The position numbers were made by a program, and so were the translations under genes. A stretch of 55,418 nt of DNA from Gammaproteobacteria bacterium (GTDB lineage Bacteria; Pseudomonadota; Gammaproteobacteria; Acidiferrobacterales; Sulfurifustaceae): the NCBI GenBank assembly GCA_046565865.1, contig JBKHXU010000025.1, positions 1-55,418 of the forward strand. The letters are read 5' to 3'. Shown here piece by piece: positions 18,057-28,143 of the stretch; positions within the stretch are counted from its first letter, which is position 1, and each line of letters starts with the position of its first letter. The notes beneath the pieces were generated by a model that searched no databases, was not told the origin of the DNA, and saw only the letters and a program-made list of their open reading frames with translations.

Positions 18057-19821
18057 TGAGATGCAAACGCCACGGTGTATCCGGCAGGCTCAACGCGGTT
18101 GCCACGTCGACGCGCACTTGGCCGATGGGTGATCTCCAGCGCACGCCGATGCCGGCGCCTTCCTTCAACGGGCCGCTGAACGCGTCGAGCGCGTTACCGG
18201 CGTCGTAGAACACCGCCGCCGACCAATCGCCGTACACAATGTGCTCATACTCGATGCTGCCGACCAGTAGATGCCGGCCGCCGATGACCTCGCCGCGTGC
18301 GTTTTCCGGACCGAGCGTGTTGAAGGCGTAGCCGCGCACGCTGCGATCGCCGCCGGCAAAGAAACGCACCGACGGTGGCAGGCTGTTGAAGTCGTCGACG
18401 CGTGTGGCGCCGATATCGGCGCGCAGGATAACGCGACCTCGCTCGCCCAAATCCTCGATCCACTTGACGCCGACGCGGCTTTGCACGAAATCGGTGTCCG
18501 CGCCGAGCGCATCGGCGGCGCCGCGCAGGCCGAACAGCAGCCGCACGCCCTCGCGGGCGTAGACGCGGCTCTCGCCCCAGCTGCGCGACCATTGCGCGTC
18601 CGGCATCAGCAGGCGCGACTTGCCGCTGTCGCCGCCGATCTCGAACGTTTCGTTTTGCAGATTGAGCGACAGAATCTCGCGCCAGGCGCCGCGCGCGATG
18701 GAGCGGCTGGCCGCCAGGCGCCGCAATTCGGTTTCGGCCACGCGCGTGTCGCCTTGGCTGTAGGCGGCGGTGAAGGCCAGTTGGTCGGTGCGCGGATTGC
18801 GGATCGGAATGATGTAGCTCGACGACAGCGTCTTCTCGATCTCGGACAAGCGCGTCTCGGCGCGGATGCTGTGCCCCTGGGTGTTGAGGTAACGCCGTTC
18901 CCAGCCGAGCTGGCCGCGCGCGCCACTGTCGGTGCCGTAGCCGATGCCGAACGTGTAGCGCGAGGGATTGCGCGCGGTGAGCCGAATCGTCACCGGGACT
19001 TCGCCATCCACGGCCTGCTTGGGATCGGTATCGACCTCGACCTCGCTGTAGAACTGGCTATCGAGCAGCGCACGCTGCAGCTCGATGAGCGCGAGTGAGG
19101 AGTAGGGATCGCCCGGCGCGATGCGCGCATAGCGCGCGAGCAACGCCTCGGTCAGAATTCCCTTGTCCTGCTCGAAGTGTACGTCGCCGAAACGATAGCG
19201 CGGACCGGTGTCCATGTGCAGCGCGACGGCAACGCGGTAGGTTTCGAGATCCACGCGCAGCGCGTGTTCAGTAAAGGCAAAGTCGAAGTAGCCGCGCTCG
19301 GTGGCGGTCTTAAGGAGACCGCTCTTGGCGGCTTCATACGCGCGCTGATCCAGCGCATCGCCAGGCGCCAACGGAAACGCGTCCAGCAATCGGCGAAATG
19401 CGGGATCGGACTCGCCCTCGCCGCGGATCCGCAGGTCGACCGTCGCGACCGGCAGCGACGGACCGGGATTGACGACGTAGTGCGCCTGCCAAGTGTCGCC
19501 ATCGCGGCGCAGCGCTGTCTCGACCTCAGCCCGATAGAAGCCGAACGGTTCCAGTGCCCGACGTATCTCGTCCGGCGCCTGGGCGTGAAGCTGGCGGATG
19601 CGGCGCTCGGACAGCGACTCCGCGCGGTCGCGATACAGCGTGAGCGAGCGCAGCACGTTCTCGCGCGGCGCGCCGGTCACCCCCTGAACGTTCACCAACA
19701 CCGCGGCCTCGACCCGCGGCGCCGGCAGCAAGGTGGCGGCGATAAGCAGTACGAGCGGATGGATCGCATGCAACCAGACGCGGCGCACGGGCATTAGCCG
19801 TTTAGAGTTCGTTGCGGGCAT
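18037..19821 (-). CDS. tamA: outer-membrane TamA (Omp85/BamA family)
   Basis: Signal peptide, POTRA-like repeats, C-terminal Omp85 barrel motifs (RFFAGGDRSVRGY ... GIGVRWRSPIGQVRVD). Overlaps tamB by 20 nt. An alternative ATG lies at 19794. Confidence 0.85.
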   Translation of the reverse strand: MPATNSKRLMPVRRVWLHAIHPLVLLIAATLLPAPRVEAAVLVNVQGVTGAPRENVLRSLTLYRDRAESLSERRIRQLHAQAPDEIRRALEPFGFYRAEVETALRRDGDTWQAHYVVNPGPSLPVATVDLRIRGEGESDPAFRRLLDAFPLAPGDALDQRAYEAAKSGLLKTATERGYFDFAFTEHALRVDLETYRVAVALHMDTGPRYRFGDVHFEQDKGILTEALLARYARIAPGDPYSSLALIELQRALLDSQFYSEVEVDTDPKQAVDGEVPVTIRLTARNPSRYTFGIGYGTDSGARGQLGWERRYLNTQGHSIRAETRLSEIEKTLSSSYIIPIRNPRTDQLAFTAAYSQGDTRVAETELRRLAASRSIARGAWREILSLNLQNETFEIGGDSGKSRLLMPDAQWSRSWGESRVYAREGVRLLFGLRGAADALGADTDFVQSRVGVKWIEDLGERGRVILRADIGATRVDDFNSLPPSVRFFAGGDRSVRGYAFNTLGPENARGEVIGGRHLLVGSIEYEHIVYGDWSAAVFYDAGNALDAFSGPLKEGAGIGVRWRSPIGQVRVDVATALSLPDTPWRLHLNVGPDL

Positions 19822-19848
19822 AATATCGGCACCGATGTACCGGCGCGT

Positions 19849-20442
19849 ATGGCAAAGCCCTTAAATTGCCAGGCAACAGCGAATAACGAAGCTTCGCGCG
19901 ATGATTACCCCATTTTGCGCATCGACATTGTGACGACACCGAAACGTCTGCCCGGTCGCGCCTGCCGCCTTATCGCCACCGGTTTTGGGGCCGGTCTCGC
20001 GCCGGTCGCGCCCGGCACATTCGGTACGCTGCTTGGTATTCCGATTTATTTGCTGCTGCATCCGCTTCCGGTCGGTGTCTACATCGCGATTACGGCGGCG
20101 CTGTTCGTAGCGGGTATTGTCGTGTGCGAGTGCGCGGAGCGCAACATGGCGCGGCACGACGCGCCCGAAATCGTGTGGGATGAGATCGTCGGGTATCTCA
20201 TCACCATGGCGTTCGCACCGCCCGGCTGGTTGTGGATCGCCGTTGGCTTTGTGTTGTTTCGATTGTTCGATATTTGGAAGCCGTTTCCAATACGCCGCAT
20301 CGATCGGACCTTGCCCGGCGGTTTCGGCACGATGCTCGATGATGCGCTGGCCGGAATATACGCCTCGGTGGTGCTGCAGCTGCTCGCTGCGCTGATGAGT
20401 GAATACTCCGCCGAGCGTGCGCCGCTGGCGGTGTGGTTCTGA
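19849..20442 (+). CDS. pgpA: phosphatidylglycerophosphatase A
   Basis: GFGAGLAPVAPGTFGTL, VWDEIVGY, FRLFDIWKPFPIRRID, GGFGTMLDD are co-linear with E. coli PgpA. The N-terminal ~27 codons are uncertain (alternative GTG at 19930). Confidence 0.8.
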   Translation: MAKPLNCQATANNEASRDDYPILRIDIVTTPKRLPGRACRLIATGFGAGLAPVAPGTFGTLLGIPIYLLLHPLPVGVYIAITAALFVAGIVVCECAERNMARHDAPEIVWDEIVGYLITMAFAPPGWLWIAVGFVLFRLFDIWKPFPIRRIDRTLPGGFGTMLDDALAGIYASVVLQLLAALMSEYSAERAPLAVWF

Positions 20443-20445
20443 CGC

Positions 20446-21240
20446 ATGCCGGCGGACCTGCTGCTGCTCATCGTGTTCGGCGGCATCGCCGGCGTCATGG
20501 CGGGCCTGCTCGGTATCGGCGGTGGCCTGCTGATCGTGCCGGTGTTGGCGATCCTGTTCGAGCGCCAAGGCGTCAGCCGCGACGTGTTGTTGCAGTCGGC
20601 GATCGGCACCTCGCTCGCAACCATCGTGTTCACGTCGTTGTCGTCGACGTTGGCGCATCACCGGCGCAACGCCGTGCAGTGGGATTTGTTTCGGCGATTC
20701 GTGCCCGGTGTTTTGATCGGCGGTCTGGTTGGCGCCGCCGTCGCCGATTCTTTGCCGGGGCGGGTGCTGCATTACGTGGTCGCGGTCGCAATACTGTCGG
20801 TCGCGGTGCAGTTCGGTTTCATGCCGCGCGCGGCGCCGGCGCAGCGCCCGTTGCCGGGGCGCGCGGCGCTGGTCTCGGCGAGTGGCGTGATCGGCGCGCT
20901 ATCGACGCTCGTCGGCATCGGCGGCGGATCGCTGACGGTGCCGTATCTGACATGGTGCAGCGTGCCGGTGAAGCAAGCGATCGCCACCGCCGCGGCGATC
21001 GGTTTCCCGATCGCGGTCGCGGGTACAGTGGGGTACGTTGTCGGGGGGCTGAACGAAACCGGCCTGCCGCCGTATAGCGTCGGTTACGTCGTGCTGCCGG
21101 CGTTTATCGGTATCGTTATCGCCAGCGTGCTCGCAGCGCCGCTCGGCGCATGGTTGGCGCATCGACTTTCGGAAACAACGTTACGCCGTCTATTTGCCCT
21201 GTTCCTGGCCGTGCTCGGGATGCGCATGCTGTTTGGTTGA
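20446..21240 (+). CDS. TauE/SafE family anion exporter (membrane permease)
   Basis: 264 aa, ~8 TM segments, duplicated GIGGG motifs (LLGIGGGLLIVP and LVGIGGGSLTVP). Confidence 0.8.
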   Translation: MPADLLLLIVFGGIAGVMAGLLGIGGGLLIVPVLAILFERQGVSRDVLLQSAIGTSLATIVFTSLSSTLAHHRRNAVQWDLFRRFVPGVLIGGLVGAAVADSLPGRVLHYVVAVAILSVAVQFGFMPRAAPAQRPLPGRAALVSASGVIGALSTLVGIGGGSLTVPYLTWCSVPVKQAIATAAAIGFPIAVAGTVGYVVGGLNETGLPPYSVGYVVLPAFIGIVIASVLAAPLGAWLAHRLSETTLRRLFALFLAVLGMRMLFG

Positions 21241-21252
21241 GATAAACAAAAA

Positions 21253-21273
21253 GGGAGCAGCGCGGCTGCTCCC
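21253..21273. terminator. bidirectional hairpin terminator
   Basis: GGGAGCAGC-gcg-GCTGCTCCC, flanked by AAACAAAAA upstream and TCTTCTATT downstream. Lies between convergent stops at 21240 and 21298. Confidence 0.75.
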
Positions 21274-21297
21274 TCTTCTATTATCGTTTGTGGCAAG

Positions 21298-21981
21298 TTA
21301 GTTTTTGGATATTTCAAGACTGCCGTACTGCTTTAAGATCTCCAAACCCTTCACCGCGTGCTCGTAGCCTTGCGCGGCGGAACGCGACCACCACCACGCG
21401 GCCTCGTTAAAATCCTGCGCTTCACCGTCGCCGGTCGCGGCGAGCGCACCGAGATGAAACTGTGCCGCGGCATCGCCGCCGCTCATGGCCGCCAGATACC
21501 ACCACATGCGCGCCTTGGATACGCTCTTCTCGACGCCCTGGCCGCGCGAGTACAGCAGGCCCAAGTTGTACTGCGCCGCGGTGTGGCCCTGATAACCGGC
21601 CGCGTGCCACCATCGGGCCGCCTGCGCGAAGTTGAGATCGGCGCCCTGGCCGGTCGCGTATGCCACACCCAGATTGAACTGGGCCATGACATGGCCGTGC
21701 TCCGCCGGGCCGTACCAGAGCTTGGTTGCCCGTGCGTAGTCACCGTTTTGGTAGGCGACAACCCCGTCCAAAAACGCCCGCTCAACCGTGCCCGAGATAC
21801 CGAGCTGCGTCACTTCCTGCCAGCCCGCGTCACTGACGCGCGCGACAGTCACCCCGGCCGCCGCCATGCGCGGTGCCAGCCAGACAAGCAGTACAAGGAT
21901 CAACCCGACCAACTTGAGCGCGAGGCCCGCGGAATCCCGGGGCAAAACGACAGCGCTGTTGTGTGCGACGAACCGTTGCAT
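21298..21981 (-). CDS. Sel1-repeat (TPR-like) protein with N-terminal membrane anchor
   Basis: At least four Sel1 units (AQFNLGVAYATGQG, AQYNLGLLYSRGQGV, AQFHLGALAATGDG ...). Confidence 0.8.
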   Translation of the reverse strand: MQRFVAHNSAVVLPRDSAGLALKLVGLILVLLVWLAPRMAAAGVTVARVSDAGWQEVTQLGISGTVERAFLDGVVAYQNGDYARATKLWYGPAEHGHVMAQFNLGVAYATGQGADLNFAQAARWWHAAGYQGHTAAQYNLGLLYSRGQGVEKSVSKARMWWYLAAMSGGDAAAQFHLGALAATGDGEAQDFNEAAWWWSRSAAQGYEHAVKGLEILKQYGSLEISKN

Positions 21982-22089
21982 AACGCCCCCGATCGGAGAT
22001 AACCCTCAGTCTAGTTCAAGATACGTGCCAGGCCGGTCCGGTTGTGGTTGACGAAAGGAGCGGGACGGGTGCGCGCTGTTGCCTTGACT

Positions 22090-22119
22090 TTGAGCAGTCG
22101 TGGTCTACCTCGCTACAAT
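22090..22119 (+). promoter_or_regulatory. putative sigma70 promoter of pncC
   Basis: TTGAGC (22090-22095), 18 nt spacer, TACAAT (22114-22119). The ATG at 22126 lies 7 nt after the -10 hexamer. Prediction only. Confidence 0.35.
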
Positions 22120-22125
22120 CCAGCG

Positions 22126-22614
22126 ATGACCACGGACCTCATCGACCTCGCGACCCAGCTCGGCGAGGCGCTAAAACGCAAACGCTGGATGCTCGCCGTT
22201 GCCGAATCCTGCACCGGCGGTGGCATCGCCCAGGCGTGCACGGCGATTCCGGGAAGCTCCGCGTGGTTCGAGCGCGGCTTCGTGACTTACAGCAACCGAG
22301 CTAAAACCGAAATGCTTGGCGTGCCGGCCGAGTTGATAGAGCGTCATGGCGCGGTGAGTGAAGAGGTGGCGCGGGCGATGGTGACAGGGGCGCTGCGACA
22401 CAGTCCGGCAAATATCGCGATCGCCGTGACGGGGATCGCCGGACCGGGTGGCGGTTCGCCAACCAAACCGGTGGGGACGGTTTGGTTTGCGTGGGGAGTG
22501 AAGAATCGATCCGCGTTGAGCTTACGAAAACAATTTGACGGTGATCGCACGATGGTTCGCGCGCAGTCGACGCGACTGGCGATCGAGCAGCTTGTCGCCG
22601 AGATCGCGCGTTAG
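22126..22614 (+). CDS. pncC: nicotinamide-nucleotide amidohydrolase PncC (CinA C-terminal domain)
   Basis: AVAESCTGG...[14 protein letters not shown]...HGAVSE...GIAGPGGG...KPVGTVWFA is co-linear with E. coli PncC. The ORF upstream of 22126 has no family resemblance. Confidence 0.85.
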   Translation: MTTDLIDLATQLGEALKRKRWMLAVAESCTGGGIAQACTAIPGSSAWFERGFVTYSNRAKTEMLGVPAELIERHGAVSEEVARAMVTGALRHSPANIAIAVTGIAGPGGGSPTKPVGTVWFAWGVKNRSALSLRKQFDGDRTMVRAQSTRLAIEQLVAEIAR

Positions 22615-23750
22615 GCGAGCTTAGCGACGATCAAGGCGTCCAGTTCTTGTTTTAACCGTGGCAGGATTTCATCGTAGCGAAACGTGCCGAGCGATCGTTC
22701 GCCGCGCTTGAGCGTAACGTGGTTTGGGCCGCACCAGAGGCCAGGGTCGGCGTCGTCGGTTTCGCCGGGGCCGTTGACGCGGCAGCCCATGACGGCGATG
22801 GTGATGGCGTGGTCGGCGGCGTAGCGGGTCATTTCTTTGACTTGCTGCGCGAGCTCGATGAAGGCTTCGTTTTCGACGCGTGAGCAGCTCGGGCAGCTAA
22901 TGATATTCAGCGCGTCGCGGTTGTAGTGCACCACGCTGCGTACGCGGCCGGCGGCGATGTCGGCGAGGATTTGGCGGCCGACTTCGATTTCCTGCGACTT
23001 GCGGTCGTTCGGGACCGTGAGCGAGACGCGGATGGTGTCGCCGATGCCTTGCGATACCAACTGCTCGAAGGCGATGCGAGTCTTAATAATGCCGTCGGGC
23101 GGTAGGCCCGCCTCGGTGACGCCGAGATGCAGCGGTACGTCCGGGCGTTCTTTGGCGAAGCGTCTGTTGACCTCGATGACGTTCGCGGGATCGGAGTCTT
23201 TCAGCGACACGCAGTAGCGCGTAAAGCCGATGCGGTCGAGCAGCTCGCAGTGATCGAGCGCGCTTTCGAGCATCGGCGAGAGTTTGTCGCTCGGGTCGTA
23301 CTTTTCCGCCTTGGCCGGGTCGACCGAGCCGCAATTGACGCCGACACGCAGCGCGCAGTCGTTTTCGCCGGCGACGTCGACCAGAAACCGCACCTTGTCG
23401 GCCCACGGTTTGCCGCGTTAGTGGTGGTAGAGGTGGCCCGGGTTGTAGCGGATCTTATTCACGCTCTTGGCGACGAGCGCGGCCATGCGGTAGTTTTCCT
23501 GCAAATCGGCCGAGAGATTTGCCTGCGTCTGCGCCCGGATTTCCGCCAGCGCGGCCGCGTCTTTCTTGTTATCCACGGCCACGCGAATCACGTCCGCGCC
23601 CGCCGCGGCCAGGTCGGCGATCTGACGGACGGTGGCGTCGATGTCCTGCGTGTGCGTGGCGCACATGCTCTGCACCGCGATCGGATGACCGGCGCCGATG
23701 GTGACAGAGCCGATTTTGACGGCGCGTGTGGGGTTGCGGGGCAGGGCCAT
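22611..23750 (-). pseudogene. ispG: ispG (HMBPP synthase) interrupted by an in-frame TAA
   Basis: ORFs 23418..23750 (N-terminal TIM-barrel part, HPIAVQSM ... [10 protein letters not shown]) and 22611..23393 (VGVNCGS ... HLGVTEAG ... SCPSCSR ... GCRVNGPGE) are in the same frame. They are separated only by the TAA at 23418-23420 plus 8 sense codons. Confidence 0.8.
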
Positions 23751-23898
23751 GGGTAAAATTCAGCGACGAATGGGTGCGAAGTCTAAAAGCATGCGACCGT
23801 CAGGGCTAGGCCCCACTCTTATAAATATGGAATAATCCCCCGATTATCGAACCACCTTCGTCAACCGAATTTCAGCGGGAAACCGCGGGAGTCACCAC

Positions 23899-24945
23899 AT
23901 GGAAAGCAATAAGTCCAAGGCCCTCCATGCCGCCCTGGGTCAAATCGAGAAGCAGTTCGGCAAGGGCTCGGTCATGCGCCTCGGGGATGCGACGGCGCAG
24001 CAGGTCGAGGTGATTCCGACCGGGTCGCTGGGGCTCGATATCGCGCTCGGGATCGGCGGCATGCCGCGCGGGCGGGTGGTCGAGATTTACGGGCCGGAGT
24101 CGTCGGGCAAGACGACGCTGGCGCTGCAGGTGATTTCCGAGGCACAAAAACTGGGCGGGGCGGCGGCCTTCATCGACGCCGAGCATGCGCTCGATCCGTC
24201 GTACGCCAAGAAACTCGGCGTCAATACCGAAGAGCTTTTAGTCTCGCAGCCGGACTCCGGCGAGCAGGCGCTGGAAATTGCCGACATGCTGGTGCGCTCG
24301 GGCGCGGTCGACGTGGTGGTGGTCGACTCGGTCGCGGCGCTGACGCCGAAGGCCGAAATCGAAGGCGAAATGGGCGACTCGCACATGGGTCTGCATGCGC
24401 GCCTCATGAGCCAGGCGCTGCGCAAGCTCACCGGCAACATCAAGCGCTCGAACACGCTGGTGATCTTCATCAACCAGATCCGCATGAAGATCGGCGTTAT
24501 GTTCGGCAATCCGGAGACGACCACGGGCGGCAATGCGCTTAAGTTCTACGCCTCGCTGCGCCTCGACATCCGCCGTATCGGCGCGCTCAAGCGCGGCGAG
24601 GAAGTAATCGGCAACCAAACCCGCGTGAAGGTGGTCAAAAATAAGCTGGCACCGCCGTTCAAGCAGACCGAGTTCGACATTCTTTATAACGAGGGCATCT
24701 CCAAGCATGGCGAGCTGATCGACATTGGCGTCGAACAGAACGTCATCGAGAAATCGGGTGCCTGGTATACCTATAAGAAGGATCGTATCGGCCAAGGTAA
24801 GGACAACGCACGCCAGTTCTTGAAGGAAAATCCGGGTCTGGCGGCCGAGATCGAGGCCAACATCCGCGAGCGGGTGGTCGCCGCGAAGGCGGTGGCCGAT
24901 GGTAACGGTGCCGCGGCGCCGGTGGCGGAAGAGGTCGAGGCCTGA
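23899..24945 (+). CDS. recA: recombinase RecA
   Basis: [20 protein letters not shown], Walker [10 protein letters not shown], full-length co-linearity with RecA. Confidence 0.97.
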   Translation: MESNKSKALHAALGQIEKQFGKGSVMRLGDATAQQVEVIPTGSLGLDIALGIGGMPRGRVVEIYGPESSGKTTLALQVISEAQKLGGAAAFIDAEHALDPSYAKKLGVNTEELLVSQPDSGEQALEIADMLVRSGAVDVVVVDSVAALTPKAEIEGEMGDSHMGLHARLMSQALRKLTGNIKRSNTLVIFINQIRMKIGVMFGNPETTTGGNALKFYASLRLDIRRIGALKRGEEVIGNQTRVKVVKNKLAPPFKQTEFDILYNEGISKHGELIDIGVEQNVIEKSGAWYTYKKDRIGQGKDNARQFLKENPGLAAEIEANIRERVVAAKAVADGNGAAAPVAEEVEA

Positions 24946-25028
24946 GGGACCCGATCGAGCTCGATGCCGGCAAGGCGCGCCAGCATGCGATAAAGTGGCT
25001 GGCGCGGCGCGAATATAGCCGGCACGAG

Positions 25029-25412
25029 TTGTACCAGAAGTTGCTGACCAAGGGGTGCAGCGAGGCGATCGCCCAATCGGTATCCGATGGGCTCGCCGCC
25101 GAGGGGTTACTCTCCGACGAGCGATTCATCGCGAGCCTGATCCGGGTGCGGCGCGGACGCGGGTATGGGCCGCTGCGCATACGCCTGGAGTTGCAGGAGA
25201 AGGGCATCGCGCCGGAGATCGCCGAAGGCGCCGTCGCGGCGCGTAGCCGTGACTGGTTGGATGAGATCCGGCGCGTGCGGCGCAAAAAGTTCGGCGCCAG
25301 TATGCCGGCCACGTATGCGGAACGCGCGCGCCAGGCGCGGTTTTTACAATCGCGCGGTTTTAGCAGTGATCAGATATTTGAAGTGCTGAAAGCACGTGAA
25401 GATGAGGATTAA
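25029..25412 (+). CDS. recX: RecA regulator RecX (the true start is probably upstream; see findings)
   Basis: RecX repeats (SDERFIASLIRVRRGRGYGPLRIRLELQEKGI). Position directly after recA. The tracked ORF starts at TTG 25029, but RecX-like sequence continues upstream in frame. Confidence 0.85.
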   Translation: MYQKLLTKGCSEAIAQSVSDGLAAEGLLSDERFIASLIRVRRGRGYGPLRIRLELQEKGIAPEIAEGAVAARSRDWLDEIRRVRRKKFGASMPATYAERARQARFLQSRGFSSDQIFEVLKAREDED

Positions 25413-25450
25413 CGGCCGTAGCGGGAAATTTCGGAGCCTGTTCCGAGCGA

Positions 25451-25512
25451 GAGCGAGGAATCTCGCTCCCCGCAGTGACAATGAAGGTAGTCATTGCTAG
25501 CGCAATCTCTTC
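25451..25512. repeat. stem-loop cluster, degenerate relative of the GTCATTGC...CAATCTC repeat
   Basis: Perfect hairpin GAGCGAG-gaat-CTCGCTC (25451-25468). It is followed by CAATGA/TCATTG pairing and GTCATTGCTAGCGCAATCTC, which resembles a shortened repeat core. Confidence 0.35.
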
Positions 25513-25545
25513 GGGAATGTACGAAATGATGTTGTCGAGTTAGGC

Positions 25546-28143
25546 ATGAAGAGCACAGAGATCCGTCAACTGTTTTTGGACTATTTCAAACGCAACGGCC
25601 ACCAGGTCGTCGCGTCGAGCCCGCTCGTGCCGGCCAACGATCCGACGTTGCTCTTCACCAACGCCGGAATGGTGCAATTCAAAGACGTGTTCCTCGGCAT
25701 CGACAAGCGGCCGTACGCGCGCGCGGCGTCGAGTCAGCGCTGTGTGCGTGCCGGTGGTAAGCATAATGATCTGGAAAATGTCGGCTATACCGCGCGCCAC
25801 CACACATTTTTCGAGATGCTCGGCAACTTCAGCTTCGGCGACTACTTCAAGCGTGAGGCGATTCGGTTTGCCTGGGAGTGTCTGACCAAGGACTTCGGCC
25901 TCAAGCCCGAACGCCTGTGGGTGACGGTATATAAGGATGACAACGAAGCCGCGGATATCTGGCTGAAAGAGATCAAAGTCGACCCCAAACGGTTCAGTCG
26001 CTTGGGCGAGGCGTCCAACTTTTGGTCCATGGGCGACACCGGCCCATGCGGGCCATGCAGCGAGATCTTCTACGATCACGGCGCCGCCATCGCCGGCGGA
26101 CCGCCGGGCACTCCTGACGAGGACGGCGATCGTTACGTCGAGATTTGGAACCTCGTGTTCATGCAGTTCAATCGCGACAGCGAGGGGCGCATGACGCCGT
26201 TGCCCCGGCCCTCGGTCGATACCGGCATGGGGCTGGAACGCATCTCCGCTGTCATGCAGGGCGTGCACAGCAATTACCAGATCGATTTGTTTCAGAATCT
26301 GATCCGGGCGGCGGCGCAAATCATCGGCACGCGCGACCTTAAAAACAGTTCGCTTAACGTCGTCGCCGATCATATTCGTGCCGCGGGTTTTCTCGTTACC
26401 GATGGTGTGCTGCCGTCGAACGAAGGTCGCGGTTACGTGCTACGTCGCATTATTCGGCGCGCGGTGCGCCACGGCCACCGGCTCGGTGCGACCGATCCGT
26501 TCTTCTATAAATTAGTCGCGCCGTTGATCGAGGAGATGGGGCAGGCCTATCCGGAGTTGGCGCAGGCGCGCGAACTCGTGGAGCGCGCGCTGAAACTGGA
26601 AGAAGAGCGCTTCAATGAGACGCTCGAACAAGGGTTGAAAATCCTGGATCAGGATATTGCGCAACTTTCCGGCGACACGATTTCCGGCGCGACCATTTTC
26701 AAGCTGTACGACACCTACGGCTTTCCACTCGACCTCACGCGCGACATCGCACTTGAGCGCGGGCTCAAGCTCGACATGCCGGGCTTCGAGCAGGAAATGA
26801 CGGCGCAGCGCGAGCGCGCGCGAGCGGCGTCCAGTTTCAAATCCGCCGCCATCGCGGCGGGTGCGGGCGGCGCGGCGGTAGCGACGGCGTTCACCGGCTA
26901 CGAGACGGTGCGCGATCAAGCGGTGGTGCAGGCGATCCGCGTCAATGGGCAAGATCGGGTGTCGCTGCGTGCCGGTGAAGAGGGCGTGTTGTATCTCGAC
27001 CGTACCCCGTTCTACGCCGAATCAGGCGGGCAAATCGGCGATCAGGGTTGGCTCAAAACCGACAATGCCGTGTTCGCGGTGCAGGACACGCAAAAGGGTT
27101 ACGCCCACGTCGGGCGTCTGGAGCGCGGCGAGATCCAAGTCGGCGCGCGTGTCGACTGCGAGGTCGATGCGTCGCGACGCTTGGCGACCGCGTACAACCA
27201 TTCGGCAACCCATTTATTGCACGCCGCGCTCAAGCAGGTGCTCGGCGAGCACGTGCAGCAGAAGGGCTCGTTGGTCGAGCCGACCCGGCTGCGTTTCGAC
27301 TTTTCCCATTTCGAGCCGATAACGCCCGAGCAACTGCAGAAGATCGAGGATTTGGTCAACGAGGCCATTCGGCGCAACGACGCGGTCGAGACGCGCCAGA
27401 TGCCGCTGGATCAGGCGATGGCCTCCGGTGCCTGCGCGCTGTTCGGCGAAAAATACGACGACGAGGTGCGGGTCGTCGGCATGGGCGCGTTTTCCAAGGA
27501 ACTCTGCGGTGGCACCCACGTGCGCCGCACCGGCGACATGGGCTTTTTTAAGATCACGACCGAGGGCGGCGTCGCGGCGGGGGTGCGCCGATTGGAGGCC
27601 GTTACCGGCCCGGGGGCGCTTGAGTACGTACGCACGCTCGAAGGCCGGCTCGGGCGGGTCGCCGAAATGGTGCGCGGGAGCCGCGACGACGTTCCGGCCA
27701 AGGTCGAGCAACTGCAAAACCGCGTCCGCACCCTCGAGAAAGAACTCGACCAACTGCGCGCGCAGCTCGCCAAGGGCGGCGGCCAGAACCTGATGGATCA
27801 AGTGCAGGAGGTCGGCGGCGTGAAGGTGCTGGCGGCGACGCTGGATGGGGCCGACGTCAAGACCTTGCGCGAGGCGGTCGACCAGTTCAAGAGCAAGCTG
27901 GCGCCGGCGGCGATCGTGCTGGCCTCGGTAAGCGATGGCAAGGTCACCCTCATCGCCGGCGTTACCAAGGAGCTGGCCGGTCGGGTCCACGCCGGTGAGC
28001 TCGTCAACCACGTCGCCAACCGCGTTGGCGGCAAGGGCGGCGGCCGGCCGGACATGGCACAGGCCGGCGGTACCGACGTTGCCGGTCTTCCGGCCGCGTT
28101 GCGTACCGTGCCGGAGTGGGTGGGGCAGACGATCGGCCGCTAG
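25546..28143 (+). CDS. alaS: alanine--tRNA ligase
   Basis: 865 aa. [10 protein letters not shown], class II motifs, editing-domain HSATHLLH, C-terminal DHHA1-like [12 protein letters not shown]. Confidence 0.97.
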   Translation: MKSTEIRQLFLDYFKRNGHQVVASSPLVPANDPTLLFTNAGMVQFKDVFLGIDKRPYARAASSQRCVRAGGKHNDLENVGYTARHHTFFEMLGNFSFGDYFKREAIRFAWECLTKDFGLKPERLWVTVYKDDNEAADIWLKEIKVDPKRFSRLGEASNFWSMGDTGPCGPCSEIFYDHGAAIAGGPPGTPDEDGDRYVEIWNLVFMQFNRDSEGRMTPLPRPSVDTGMGLERISAVMQGVHSNYQIDLFQNLIRAAAQIIGTRDLKNSSLNVVADHIRAAGFLVTDGVLPSNEGRGYVLRRIIRRAVRHGHRLGATDPFFYKLVAPLIEEMGQAYPELAQARELVERALKLEEERFNETLEQGLKILDQDIAQLSGDTISGATIFKLYDTYGFPLDLTRDIALERGLKLDMPGFEQEMTAQRERARAASSFKSAAIAAGAGGAAVATAFTGYETVRDQAVVQAIRVNGQDRVSLRAGEEGVLYLDRTPFYAESGGQIGDQGWLKTDNAVFAVQDTQKGYAHVGRLERGEIQVGARVDCEVDASRRLATAYNHSATHLLHAALKQVLGEHVQQKGSLVEPTRLRFDFSHFEPITPEQLQKIEDLVNEAIRRNDAVETRQMPLDQAMASGACALFGEKYDDEVRVVGMGAFSKELCGGTHVRRTGDMGFFKITTEGGVAAGVRRLEAVTGPGALEYVRTLEGRLGRVAEMVRGSRDDVPAKVEQLQNRVRTLEKELDQLRAQLAKGGGQNLMDQVQEVGGVKVLAATLDGADVKTLREAVDQFKSKLAPAAIVLASVSDGKVTLIAGVTKELAGRVHAGELVNHVANRVGGKGGGRPDMAQAGGTDVAGLPAALRTVPEWVGQTIGR

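Noticed and set aside
19794-19930. Only 27 nt between the divergent tamA (19821) and pgpA (19849) start codons.
   Set aside because: Probably an artefact of taking the longest ORFs. tamA has an in-frame ATG at 19794 just before its signal peptide, and pgpA has a GTG at 19930 closer to the conserved PgpA N-terminus.
23751-23898. SOS (LexA) box upstream of recA; also looked upstream of the DinG-type helicase and the ydjM-like gene.
   Set aside because: No CTGT-N8-ACAG (gammaproteobacterial), GAAC-N7-GTTC or TTAG..TACTA type palindrome is present. There are only 4 bp arms such as CGAT-t-ATCG, which are too short to call.
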